Source of the DNA: Blochmannia endosymbiont of Camponotus modoc | GTDB lineage: Bacteria > Pseudomonadota > Gammaproteobacteria > Enterobacterales > Enterobacteriaceae | Length of the DNA stretch: 32,000 bases | Reading direction: 5' to 3' | Assembly: GCF_023585785.1 (NCBI RefSeq) | Contig: NZ_CP097765.1 | Span: 570,001 to 602,000, forward strand | Shown: piece by piece, positions 1 through 12,272 of the stretch | How positions within the stretch are numbered: the stretch's first letter is position 1 | How the letters are laid out: each line of letters starts with the position of its first letter | Notes under the pieces: generated by a model | What the model saw: only the letters and a program-made list of their open reading frames with translations | What the model was told of the DNA's origin: nothing | The model's database searches: none | Program-made: the position numbers and the translations under genes

Positions 1-152
1 CTCAATACGGGGTGGAATCAATACGTAAATTCGGAGTATTACGAGGTATCTGGATGACATGTATTCGTATATTGCAATGCCATCCTTTAACTGTAAATAA
101 CAATGAAAATTTTAAATATTATTCACATTCACATATTCAGGACATAATCAAC
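1..152 (+). CDS. yidD: yidD (membrane protein insertion efficiency factor), C-terminal fragment entering the window; it reads in frame into yidC without a stop codon
   Basis: Translation from nt 3 gives QYGVESIRKFGVLRGIWMTCIRILQCHPLTVNNNE.... This matches the conserved C-terminal core of E. coli YidD (..[30 protein letters not shown]..). I read every codon from 3 to 152 and found no stop before the yidC ATG at 153. Confidence 0.6.
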
Positions 153-1808
153 ATGGATTCGCAACGTAATTTCTTTGTGATAGCTTTTTTAATTATGTCG
201 TTTATACTATGGCAAATATGGCAAACAGAGTATCATCAAAGCACTAATATCCCAAAAATAAATATACATGAAAATACATATCCACTAATTCGTTCTGAAG
301 ATAATGATGAAATAAAATATATACATCATAAAAGTCATGTGATTACAGTAAAAACAGATGTGTTGTTACTCAAAATAAATACTTATGGAGGAGATATCGA
401 AGAAGCATATCTCGTGAATTATTTAGAGAATTTACATTCTACAGAACCTTTTCATCTATTAAGTACATCACAAGCATTTACATATCAAACAAACATCGGA
501 CTAATAAACGAAAATATACCGGGTCAATCATATAATAATAAAAAATTTATATACACTACCGCAACTGATAAAAGTATGTACACCATACCAAAAAATGAAG
601 ATAAATTACAATTAACTTTAACACATTACGCTTCCGATGGGATTACATATACTAAGAATTATATTTTTAACAGAAATGACTACTCCATATATGTATTCTA
701 TACCGTAAATAATATGAGCACTTATCCATTAAAAATTAAGTTGTTTGGTAATATAGTACAATCCGAACATTATCCCAAATTACATAATAACAGCGATAAC
801 GGAGATAATTTTCCTTTATACTCTTATCGAGGACCAGCATATTCTACTGATAAAAAAAAATATCAAAAATACAGCTTTAAAGATATAAAAAATATGAATT
901 TAAACATTAATACCTCTAAAGGTTGGATAGCAATGTCACAAAAATATTTTGCGACAGCTTGGATACCCCTTACTCAAGGAAATAATACATTTTATACTAC
1001 CTACCATGATAATAATAGTGCTTCTATAGGTTTTCAATCTGATTCAATATATCTCCCGATAGGAGAAACAGGTAAATTTCAATCTATATTATGGATAGGC
1101 CCAAAAATTCAAGAAAAGATGAAAGCAATAGCTCCAAATTTAGATCTATTAGTTGACTACGGATGGTTGTGGTTTATTTCTCAACCATTGTTTCAATTAT
1201 TGAGTTTTATTTACAGTTACATAGAAAATTGGGGTATATCTATTATTATTATAACATTAATTATACGTCTAACCATGTATCCTTTAACTAAAGCACAATA
1301 TACTTCTATGGCAAAAATACGCATGCTACAACCTAAATTATCTATAATACAAGAAGAATATAAACACGATAAATATCAATACCATCAAAAAACTATAGAA
1401 TTATATAAGTTAGAAAAAGTGAATCCATTGGGGGGATGCCTACCTTTATTAATCCAAATGCCAATATTCTTAGCTTTATATTATATGTTATCAGGTTCTG
1501 TAGAATTAAGGCATGCTGAATTTGCTTTCTGGATTCATGATTTATCTGCTCAGGATCCTTATTACATACTACCGATATTAATGGGAATTACTATGTTTTT
1601 TATACAAAAAATGTCGCCTACTACAATTACTGATGCGATACAGAAAAAAATGATGACTATCATGTTAATCATTTTTACTATATTTTTTTTATGGTTCCCA
1701 TCTGGTTTAGTATTATATTATATAGTAAGCAATATAATCACCATTATTCAACAATACATGATTTATCGAGAACTAGAAAAACAAGGATTACACAATAAAA
1801 ATAACTAA
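153..1808 (+). CDS. yidC: YidC membrane protein insertase
   Basis: The ORF track frame is 12..1808. The internal ATG at 153 gives MDSQRNFFVIAFLIMSFILWQIWQ, colinear with the E. coli YidC N-terminus MDSQRNLLVIALLFVSF. An AGGA lies 10 nt upstream. The conserved C-terminal TM core is present (NPLGGCLPLLIQMPIFLALY, PSGLVLYY). Confidence 0.95.
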   Translation: MDSQRNFFVIAFLIMSFILWQIWQTEYHQSTNIPKINIHENTYPLIRSEDNDEIKYIHHKSHVITVKTDVLLLKINTYGGDIEEAYLVNYLENLHSTEPFHLLSTSQAFTYQTNIGLINENIPGQSYNNKKFIYTTATDKSMYTIPKNEDKLQLTLTHYASDGITYTKNYIFNRNDYSIYVFYTVNNMSTYPLKIKLFGNIVQSEHYPKLHNNSDNGDNFPLYSYRGPAYSTDKKKYQKYSFKDIKNMNLNINTSKGWIAMSQKYFATAWIPLTQGNNTFYTTYHDNNSASIGFQSDSIYLPIGETGKFQSILWIGPKIQEKMKAIAPNLDLLVDYGWLWFISQPLFQLLSFIYSYIENWGISIIIITLIIRLTMYPLTKAQYTSMAKIRMLQPKLSIIQEEYKHDKYQYHQKTIELYKLEKVNPLGGCLPLLIQMPIFLALYYMLSGSVELRHAEFAFWIHDLSAQDPYYILPILMGITMFFIQKMSPTTITDAIQKKMMTIMLIIFTIFFLWFPSGLVLYYIVSNIITIIQQYMIYRELEKQGLHNKNN

Positions 1809-1883
1809 TAAAAATATTCAAAAAAAATTTATAACTCAAGTATATCTTCACATTGTAATATGTTTTAAAGTAAAATAAAAATT

Positions 1884-3296
1884 ATGAGCTATACAATAGA
1901 TACAGTAGTTGCTATTTCCACACCTCCAGGCCGTGGAGGTATTGGAATCATACGAATATCTGGAAAATCAGTTCCTGAAATTGCTCATAAATTGTTAGGA
2001 AAAATACCAAATCCCAGAAAAGCAGAGTATTTGCCTTTTTTAGACACGGATGGATCCATATTAGAACAAGTAATAGCCTTGTTTTTTCCTGAACCAAATT
2101 CTTTTACCGGGGAAAACATACTAGAAATCCATGGACATGGAGGCCAAATAATCCTAGATATATTATTAGAACGTATTTTAAAAACATCCTCTGATATTCG
2201 AATAGCACATCCAGGAGAATTTACTAAACGAGCATTCTTAAATAACAAAATAGATCTTGTCCAAGCAGAAGCAATAGCTGATATTATCGATGCTACTTCA
2301 TATCAAGCTGCAAAATCAGCATCAAATTCTTTACAAGGAATTTTCTCTCGTAAAATACATATAATATCAGAACAACTTACTAATCTACGCATGTACGCAG
2401 AATCATCTATTGACTTTTCAGAAGACGAAATTAGTATCATACCATATGAAGATATAAAAAAAAAATTGAGAAACATTATAAACGATGTACAAAAAATGTA
2501 TAAATCAACCTATCACGGCGTTTTACTCCGTGAAGGAATAAAAATAGTAATTGCTGGAAAACCAAATGCTGGAAAATCTAGTTTATTTAATGCATTAGTT
2601 GGTATTGATAGAGCAATTATAAGTACGATATCTGGAACCACACGAGATACATTGCATGAATGTGTTCAATTGAATGGAATAGCATTCCATATTACTGACA
2701 CTGCTGGGCTACAAAAAAAAAGCGATAATGAAATAGAACAAATTGGGATGAAACGTACATGGGAAGAATTAAGTAACTCAGATCATATATTATGGGTAAT
2801 TGATCCTAACGACAAAACAGATAAGGAACATGACATCACATTAGAACACGTAGAAAAAGTACTGTTTTGCAAAAATAAAAAACCTTCTATCACAATTATA
2901 CATAATAAATCTGATTTAACCAAAAATAAAATCGGAATCAGTATAATAAATAATTATACAATTATCACGTTATCGGCTTTATTTGATGATGGAACAGACT
3001 TATTAAAAGAATATTTAAGTAATAATATCAAATTTCAAATACAGGAAGATTACGCTTACAATCTTTCTGAAAATCAAGGAAATTTCATTGCGCGTAGACG
3101 TCACTTAGATGCACTTGAAAAATCTTCTAAATACCTTTTGTCTGCTCAAACCCAACTATTATCTGCTATGTCGATCAATGAACTTTTTGCTGAAGATCTT
3201 GGATTAGCACATAAGGAATTAAGCAAAATTTTTGGAAAATGTACTCCTGATGATTTATTAACAAGAATATTCTCTACATTTTGTATTGGAAAATGA
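1884..3296 (+). CDS. mnmE: tRNA modification GTPase MnmE (TrmE)
   Basis: The N-terminus is TVVAISTPPGRGGIGIIRISG. The G-domain motifs are GKPNAGKSSLFNAL and DTAG. The C-terminus has the family-typical FCIGK motif. The gene follows yidC as in E. coli. Confidence 0.95.
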   Translation: MSYTIDTVVAISTPPGRGGIGIIRISGKSVPEIAHKLLGKIPNPRKAEYLPFLDTDGSILEQVIALFFPEPNSFTGENILEIHGHGGQIILDILLERILKTSSDIRIAHPGEFTKRAFLNNKIDLVQAEAIADIIDATSYQAAKSASNSLQGIFSRKIHIISEQLTNLRMYAESSIDFSEDEISIIPYEDIKKKLRNIINDVQKMYKSTYHGVLLREGIKIVIAGKPNAGKSSLFNALVGIDRAIISTISGTTRDTLHECVQLNGIAFHITDTAGLQKKSDNEIEQIGMKRTWEELSNSDHILWVIDPNDKTDKEHDITLEHVEKVLFCKNKKPSITIIHNKSDLTKNKIGISIINNYTIITLSALFDDGTDLLKEYLSNNIKFQIQEDYAYNLSENQGNFIARRRHLDALEKSSKYLLSAQTQLLSAMSINELFAEDLGLAHKELSKIFGKCTPDDLLTRIFSTFCIGK

Positions 3297-3539
3297 TGAC
3301 TCATAAACTCACAAGTAATTTTCATAATATTTTATAAATATAAAATAAATTGCAAGGATTAAATCGTTTCTTTGCTATGTATGATTACATATAAGTTATA
3401 GATTAATAAATACTAGATAGACTATACATGCAAACCAACATATACACTTCGAAAAAGATATAGAAATAATTTCTTAATAAAATAAACTATGTTTATATAA
3501 TGTTTGCTTGGCGAATAATTCTTAAATAAAAAATACAAA

Positions 3540-4928
3540 TTATTTTTTATTTTTTAATCGCTTCCAATTTAAAATAGAAAATTGTCGTATTCTACTAATA
3601 ATAGTTTCATTAGCTGGCACATCTCGAGTTACTGTAGTTCCGGCTCCAATAGTTGCATTTTTTCCAATAGTAATTGGAGCTATCAGATGACTATCAGCTC
3701 CAATAAAAACATCATCACCAATAATAGTTTTATGTTTCTTGATGCCATCATAATTGCAAATAATAGTGCCGGCTCCGATATTTACTTGATTACCAATTTC
3801 TGCATCACCTAAATAACTAAGGTGTTTAACCTTGGATTTCTCACCCAATCGAGTATTTTTTATTTCTACAAAATTTCCCACATGACTTTTTTCTTTTAAT
3901 TCAGTTCCTGGTCTCAACCGTGCAAATGGCCCAACTTTGCTTTGGAAACTTACTGTTGTATTTTCAATTATTGAAAATGGGTATATCTCTACATCATCTT
4001 CAACTATCGTATCTTTCAATATACAACTTGCTCCTATTTTAACTCTATTCCCCAAAGAAACATGCCCCTCAATGATCACATTGATATCAATGTACACATC
4101 CTTCCCATGTACTAATGTTCCTCTTAAATCAAACCTATTTGGATCAATAATCATCAATCCTGATGATAATAAACATCGTACTTTTCTTTGTTGATATTGT
4201 TTGTCTAAATAAACGAAATCTGATTTACTATTTACTCCCATTATTTCAAATGTATCATCAGGACACATGGTATGTATAATGTAACCTGATTGATGAGCTA
4301 TCTGAATTATATCTGTTAAATAAAATTCATTTTTTGACTTATGAGTTGTTAATGTGCTTAACCAACGCTTTAAATGATCAGAAATAGCAATAAAAATACC
4401 AGTACTGACTTCTTTAATTTTTTTTTGATCATCATTAATGATATCATCATGTTCTATGATGCTAACAACGCTCCCTTCTTGGTTTCGAACAATACGCCCA
4501 TATCCTTTTGGATTAGGTAGTGTAGCAGTTAACATACTTATATCACATTGGGATTTAATGACATGCAATCGTTGTAATGTTTTATGAGAAACAAAAGGAA
4601 CATCGCCATATAAAATAAGAACTTCTTCGTTATCACTGATGATAGGTAACACTCTCCGAACAGCATCTCCAGTCCCAATAAGATCATGTTGCAATATCCA
4701 ATGTACAGGAATTTTGTATTGATCCGTATTAATTTTTTTTATTATTATTTCTCCTTTATATCCATGTACCACATATATGGAGCTAACACCTACTTGTATT
4801 ACAGAATCAATCAAATGTTGTAACATAAACTTACCACCAATTTGGTACAACACTTTTGGTGTATCAGACAACATTCTATTACCTCTACCGGCAGCAAGGA
4901 TAATCGCGCTGAAATTAATATACGACAT
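3540..4928 (-). CDS. glmU: bifunctional GlcNAc-1-P uridyltransferase / glucosamine-1-P acetyltransferase GlmU
   Basis: The N-terminal motif is ILAAGRGNRMLSDTPKVL. The C-terminus carries left-handed beta-helix hexapeptide repeats. It lies directly downstream of atpC, as in E. coli. Confidence 0.95.
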   Translation of the reverse strand: MSYINFSAIILAAGRGNRMLSDTPKVLYQIGGKFMLQHLIDSVIQVGVSSIYVVHGYKGEIIIKKINTDQYKIPVHWILQHDLIGTGDAVRRVLPIISDNEEVLILYGDVPFVSHKTLQRLHVIKSQCDISMLTATLPNPKGYGRIVRNQEGSVVSIIEHDDIINDDQKKIKEVSTGIFIAISDHLKRWLSTLTTHKSKNEFYLTDIIQIAHQSGYIIHTMCPDDTFEIMGVNSKSDFVYLDKQYQQRKVRCLLSSGLMIIDPNRFDLRGTLVHGKDVYIDINVIIEGHVSLGNRVKIGASCILKDTIVEDDVEIYPFSIIENTTVSFQSKVGPFARLRPGTELKEKSHVGNFVEIKNTRLGEKSKVKHLSYLGDAEIGNQVNIGAGTIICNYDGIKKHKTIIGDDVFIGADSHLIAPITIGKNATIGAGTTVTRDVPANETIISRIRQFSILNWKRLKNKK

Positions 4929-5012
4929 AATCTTGATATACTTTCTGTGATTCTTATTTTTAGTGATAAACTATTCTTATTACATTAAACATATAACTAC
5001 ATATACATAAAC

Positions 5013-5040
5013 AAAAAACTTATTTATACAATAAATAAAG
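5013..5040 (-). terminator. candidate intrinsic terminator of the atp operon (A/U-only stem)
   Basis: The minus strand, just after the atpC stop, reads TTATTTAT-tgt-ATAAATAA (8-bp stem, 3-nt loop), then G, then TTTTTT. The stem has no G:C pairs, so it would be weak. Confidence 0.35.
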
Positions 5041-5053
5041 ATATCATTACTAG

Positions 5054-5488
5054 TTACATATGCTTATTCTTTTTAGTTAATTCCATTAATCTAAGTTTTG
5101 CAATAGCTTTAGATATATCTGAAGTTATTTTAATATAATCTATATCAGAAGTATGGCGATAATTTTTAATATGTTTTTCAGCTGCATATTTAGCTTCTCT
5201 GGCTTTTTTTTCATCTAATTCTTCCGCTCGGATGGCTGTATCCGCCAATATCGTCACTATATTTCTCTGAACCTCAAGTATACCCCCAGATATATATACG
5301 TATTCTTCATTATCATATGATTTTACTATGCGCAATACTCCTGGCTTAATCGACGTAAGTAACGGAGTATGACCTGGAAAAATACCCATTTCACCTTCAA
5401 TACCTGTTACTTGAATTTTACAAACTACGCCAGAGAATATTTCTCTTTCAACAGAAACAACAGTTAAGTAATAAGTACATTCAGACAT
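5054..5488 (-). CDS. atpC: F1 ATP synthase epsilon subunit
   Basis: [46 protein letters not shown] is colinear with E. coli AtpC. I chose the ATG at 5488 over the TTG at 5512 by alignment with the E. coli N-terminus and an AAGG upstream. Confidence 0.9.
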   Translation of the reverse strand: MSECTYYLTVVSVEREIFSGVVCKIQVTGIEGEMGIFPGHTPLLTSIKPGVLRIVKSYDNEEYVYISGGILEVQRNIVTILADTAIRAEELDEKKAREAKYAAEKHIKNYRHTSDIDYIKITSDISKAIAKLRLMELTKKNKHM

Positions 5489-5526
5489 TCTGATATCTAG
5501 ACCTTTTATCAATAAAATAAAAAAAT

Positions 5527-6939
<1,413 letters not shown>

Positions 6940-6945
6940 TTAAGT

Positions 6946-7812
6946 TTATATTACAGAAGCTCCTGAAACAATTTCAGTAAGTTCTTCCGTAATTTTAGTT
7001 TGTCTAGCTTTATTATAAAACAACTTTAAATCATTAATAATAACTTCTCCATTATCCGAAGCTGTCTTCATCGCCATCATTCGAGCAGATTGTTCACTAG
7101 CTAAATTTTCTACTACTCCCTGGTAAACTTGTGATTCAATATATCTTTGTAATAAACTGTTTAACAAAACTTTAGAATCAGGTTCATATAAATAATCCCA
7201 ATATTTAGTTTTTAATATAGAGTTTTTTGAGGAAATGATTGGTAGAATCTGTAAAATCTGAGGACTCTGAGTTAAGGTATTAACAAATTTATTATACGCT
7301 AAATATAGCCTATCTATCTGATTATTATCATACAACTGCAACATTACTCTCACAGACCCAATTAGCGCTGACATTTTAGGAGCATCTCCAATCCCACAAA
7401 CACAACTGACTATCTTTGTTTGTTTTATGGAACGTAAAAAAGAAGCGCCCTTTGACCCAATAATAGCTAATCTAATCGTTATTCCCTCCTGACTCCATTT
7501 GTTAAAATCACACAATAATGTTTTAAGTAAGTTAATATTCAACCCTCCTGTTAATCCTCTATCCGTAGAGACTACCCAGTAACCAACAGATTGAATTTTT
7601 CGTTCTAAAAAATAAGAATGTTTATATTCTAACGTCCCTGAAGAAATATGATCAATTACTTTACGAATAGTTTCCGCGTACGGTTTACTTATTAACATAC
7701 GCCTCTGAGTTTGATAAATCTTAGCAGCAGAAATCATTTCCATAGCCTTGGCAATTTTTTGTATATTGCGAATGCTATCTATTTTCCCGCGTATTTCTTT
7801 TAAACCAGACAT
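6946..7812 (-). CDS. atpG: F1 ATP synthase gamma subunit
   Basis: [31 protein letters not shown] matches E. coli [31 protein letters not shown]. The ATG at 7812 is preferred over the upstream start at 7851, which would overlap atpA. Confidence 0.93.
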   Translation of the reverse strand: MSGLKEIRGKIDSIRNIQKIAKAMEMISAAKIYQTQRRMLISKPYAETIRKVIDHISSGTLEYKHSYFLERKIQSVGYWVVSTDRGLTGGLNINLLKTLLCDFNKWSQEGITIRLAIIGSKGASFLRSIKQTKIVSCVCGIGDAPKMSALIGSVRVMLQLYDNNQIDRLYLAYNKFVNTLTQSPQILQILPIISSKNSILKTKYWDYLYEPDSKVLLNSLLQRYIESQVYQGVVENLASEQSARMMAMKTASDNGEVIINDLKLFYNKARQTKITEELTEIVSGASVI

Positions 7813-7844
7813 ATTTCTATTCCGCAACGATAACACATTTGAGT

Positions 7845-9386
7845 TTACCAAGATTGATTTGATTTAAAAGTCTCAAGAATACTTTTAAATTTATTTTCAA
7901 TATTCATATTATATACACCATCATAATCAATTATTTTAATCAGCTCCTTTTCCGTATAAGTCATATACAATATTAATGCAGACTCAAAATCACTTATTTT
8001 TGAAACCTCAACATCTTCTAAATAACCATGCACTGCTGCAAACAAAATAATAGATTGGCACGAAACAGACATAGGTGCATATTGTTTCTGTTTTAATAAT
8101 TCAGTTACCTTTTGACCATGCTGCAATTGCTTTTGAGTAACCTCATCTAGTTCCGAAGCAAATTGAGAAAAAGCAGCTAATTCACGATATTGAGCTAAAG
8201 CTGTGCGAATTCCTCCAGATAACACCTTCATGATGTTAGTTTGAGCAGATCCTCCAACTCGCGATACCGAAATACCTGGATTTACCGCGGGACGAATTCC
8301 TGAATTAAATAAATGAGATTCTAAAAAAATCTGACCGTCAGTAATAGAAATAACATTAGTTGGAATAAACGAAGAAACATCTCCGGCTTGAGTTTCAACA
8401 ATAGGTATTGCAGTTAACGAACCAGTTCTTCCTATTATCTTGCCGTGAGTACGCCGCTCTACATAGTCAGAGCTAACTCTAGAAGCTCGTTCTAACAAAC
8501 GAGAATGTAAATAAAATATATCCCCTGGATATGCTTCACGCCCAGGAGGACGTCGTAGTAATAAAGAAATTTGACGATAAGCGATCGCTTGTTTAGAAAG
8601 ATCATCGTATACAATTAATGCATCTTCCCCGAGATCTCTAAAATATTCTCCCATAGCACATCCAGAATAAGGAGCTAAATATTGTAATACAGCTGATTCA
8701 GAAGCAGATGCAATAACCACAATAGTATTGGACAACGCACGATGTTCTTCTAGTTTTTTTACAACATTAGCTACAGTTGTTGCCTTCTGACCAATAGCAA
8801 CATAAATACATTTAACCCCGCTATAACGTTGATTAATAATAGCATCAATTGCTAATGCAGATTTTCCAGTTTGACGATCTCCTATAATTAATTCACGTTG
8901 ACCACGTCCAATAGGTATCATAGAGTCGACAGACTTATACCCTGTTTGAATAGGTTCGTCTATCGATTTACGATCGATTACACTAGGCGCAACGGCTTCT
9001 ACCGGCAAATAACAAGAACATTGTATGACTCCTTTATTATCTACAGGGACCCCTAATGCATTTACTACTCTTCCCAACAACGCTGTTCCAACAGGAACTC
9101 TTAATATATTTCCTGTGCATTTTGCCACCATTCCTTCAGACAAATTTAAATATGAACCCATAACTACAGCACCGACAGAATCACGTTCTAAATTCAATGC
9201 TACAGCAAACTGATCTGATGGCAAAGCAATCATTTCACCTTGCATGACATTAGTTAATCCATGTATATGGATGACTCCATCGCCTACAGCAGTAATAGTA
9301 CCTTCATTACGAATCTCACACGTTATATCAAATTGGGCAATACGTCGCTTAATTAATTTGCTAATTTCATTTGAATTTAATTGCAT
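7845..9386 (-). CDS. atpA: F1 ATP synthase alpha subunit
   Basis: The N-terminus is [19 protein letters not shown] and the Walker A motif is GDRQTGKSA. The C-terminus ends ..FKSNQSW versus E. coli ..FKATQSW. Confidence 0.98.
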   Translation of the reverse strand: MQLNSNEISKLIKRRIAQFDITCEIRNEGTITAVGDGVIHIHGLTNVMQGEMIALPSDQFAVALNLERDSVGAVVMGSYLNLSEGMVAKCTGNILRVPVGTALLGRVVNALGVPVDNKGVIQCSCYLPVEAVAPSVIDRKSIDEPIQTGYKSVDSMIPIGRGQRELIIGDRQTGKSALAIDAIINQRYSGVKCIYVAIGQKATTVANVVKKLEEHRALSNTIVVIASASESAVLQYLAPYSGCAMGEYFRDLGEDALIVYDDLSKQAIAYRQISLLLRRPPGREAYPGDIFYLHSRLLERASRVSSDYVERRTHGKIIGRTGSLTAIPIVETQAGDVSSFIPTNVISITDGQIFLESHLFNSGIRPAVNPGISVSRVGGSAQTNIMKVLSGGIRTALAQYRELAAFSQFASELDEVTQKQLQHGQKVTELLKQKQYAPMSVSCQSIILFAAVHGYLEDVEVSKISDFESALILYMTYTEKELIKIIDYDGVYNMNIENKFKSILETFKSNQSW

Positions 9387-9421
9387 AATCTTGTTTATAC
9401 CTTTTAAATAATGCTAAAATA

Positions 9422-9967
9422 TTAAGATTGTAGTACATGATTTAAGCGAAAAATACGTCCACGTATACTTCCATCAATCACAGTATCTCCAATACGAATA
9501 ATTACACCAGCCAGTATATCTTTATCTACTTTATGTATTGGATTTACTGTTTTAGATAAACGTTTAGCCATCATATCAGTAATTTTTTTCAGCTGATTAT
9601 ACTTCAAAGGCCAAGCAGAGATAATTTCTATCTCTACAGTATGTCCATATATAGAACATAAATAAGTAAACTCTTGAAACACAATTGGTAATAATAATAA
9701 ACGATTATTTTCCGCCATAATATAGATTATATTTTTACTGAAGATATCAACTTGTTTCTTTTGATAATCTTCACAAATAGCAATAAATATATCTGACAAT
9801 CTTTTTGGTTCTAAACATCTAAAAAATAAAGATTTTACTAATCTATTTAGACTAATCTTAGAAAATAAATCAAGAACGGATTTCCACTTGTTTATATTTT
9901 TCTGTTCTACAGCTATATCAAATATAGCTTGAGCGTATGTACGTGCAACCACAAGCATATTAGACAT
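9422..9967 (-). CDS. atpH: F1 ATP synthase delta subunit
   Basis: The protein runs MSNMLVVARTYAQAIFDIAVE ... GDTVIDGSIRGRIFRLNHVLQS, colinear with E. coli AtpH. Its position in the operon agrees. Confidence 0.93.
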   Translation of the reverse strand: MSNMLVVARTYAQAIFDIAVEQKNINKWKSVLDLFSKISLNRLVKSLFFRCLEPKRLSDIFIAICEDYQKKQVDIFSKNIIYIMAENNRLLLLPIVFQEFTYLCSIYGHTVEIEIISAWPLKYNQLKKITDMMAKRLSKTVNPIHKVDKDILAGVIIRIGDTVIDGSIRGRIFRLNHVLQS

Positions 9968-10450
9968 CTAATCCTCATATGACAACGTATTAATAATATT
10001 ATTTAAAAGATCTATATCAATCATTTCATTTATAGAATGTTCTATAATTTTCTCTGTACCTTCAATTACAAGTTTACTAATTTGCTTTCGTAATTCGTCA
10101 GTAACACGTTTTCTTTCATAAATAATCTGTTCTCGCGCTTGAGATAAAATTCTACTTTGCTCTTTTTCAGCTTCATGTTTAGCTTCATTAATTATTTGCA
10201 TTCTACATATATTTGCTTGTTTTATAATTTCTTGAGCTTTGACCCGAGCTTGTCTCAAACAAAGCAAAGCTTCAGCATTGGCACGCTCAGATTCTGTTTT
10301 AGCATGAGTAGCAGAAACTAAATTATCAGAAATTTCTTTTTGACGTTTCTCAATAATAGATATAAATGGATACCACACATACTTCATACAAAACCAAACA
10401 AACAAGATAAATGAAATAGTTTGACCTAATATTGTTGCATTAAGATTCAC
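9968..10450 (-). CDS. atpF: F0 ATP synthase subunit b
   Basis: MNLNATILGQTISFILFVWFCMKYVW matches the E. coli AtpF N-terminus. Its TAG stop (9968-9970) directly abuts the atpH ATG (9967). Confidence 0.95.
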   Translation of the reverse strand: MNLNATILGQTISFILFVWFCMKYVWYPFISIIEKRQKEISDNLVSATHAKTESERANAEALLCLRQARVKAQEIIKQANICRMQIINEAKHEAEKEQSRILSQAREQIIYERKRVTDELRKQISKLVIEGTEKIIEHSINEMIDIDLLNNIINTLSYED

Positions 10451-10509
10451 AGCACAAATCCTGATATTTAATAATCAATATAATAAATACATTCAATTAA
10501 TTTTCATTG

Positions 10510-10776
<267 letters not shown>

Positions 10777-10790
10777 TTACATTATTCATT

Positions 10791-11636
<846 letters not shown>

Positions 11637-11661
11637 TTATAAATATTTTACAATGTTCCTG

Positions 11662-11677
11662 TGTAATGTACATTACA
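11662..11677. repeat. 16-bp perfect palindrome TGTAATGTACATTACA in the atpB upstream region
   Basis: I verified it base by base (pairs 11662/11677 through 11669/11670). It lies 59-74 nt upstream of the atpB start codon. Confidence 0.7.
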
Positions 11678-12272
11678 GCCTCGATATACAACTTGTCGCT
11701 AACGTGTCAAATAAGTCCAAAATCATTATTATGCATAACTTACAATGATGTTGTATTCGAGAAGAATAACAGTGCCTGCATCAACTTTAAAAAGTTAGTA
11801 CTAATAGAAAATAATAAGAACACTCCCTCTTTTCACACAATCATATACTAATGCAATAAAAGAGAATTAAAAAATGGCACTATGAATTAATTAGTAAATT
11901 TCACATAATATATTACAACTACAGAAACAAACATACGACTGAACTATAGTTTAATGTAGGAAAATAATTTATCTTATAATTAATAACCACTAATGCAACT
12001 AAAAACTCAGTATAATCCTTTTTTCAAAAAATTCAAAGCGTAAAATTTAGATACATATCAACAACCGTATAATATTAAAACAAATACCATACATAACAAA
12101 CCATTAAAATAGTACAATTACTATTATTATCTCTATATAAAACTGTTATTGGAAAAAACATAAATATACCACAATTTACACGTCCAACTCTCTCCATATA
12201 GTAGCGATCACAAACACCCCATATAGGGATCAAATAATCTTGATTAAATAGAAAAATCCATTATTCTCTAGA

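Noticed and set aside
12-152. A GTG-12 start giving a 598-aa YidC, as in the ORF track.
   Set aside because: The first 47 codons are homologous to the C-terminus of YidD, not YidC. The E. coli-like YidC N-terminus MDSQRN begins at the ATG at 153. I treated this as yidD read-through rather than as the yidC start.
5489-5512. An upstream TTG start for atpC, and similarly the 7851 start for atpG.
   Set aside because: The internal ATGs at 5488 and 7812 align with the E. coli N-termini and avoid overlap with the upstream genes.
11666-11851. A 61-aa + strand ORF in the atpB-mnmG spacer.
   Set aside because: It has no recognisable homology or ribosome-binding site. It runs opposite to both neighbours and starts inside the 16-bp palindrome. 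It is most likely chance in AT-rich DNA.
12194-12232. An imperfect direct repeat, CCATATAG..GATCA twice, 25 bp apart, just downstream of the mnmG stop.
   Set aside because: Only an 8-mer core is exact, and alignment needs an indel. There is no hairpin or U-tract to suggest a terminator. It is possibly a remnant of decayed rsmG, but that is not demonstrable by eye.
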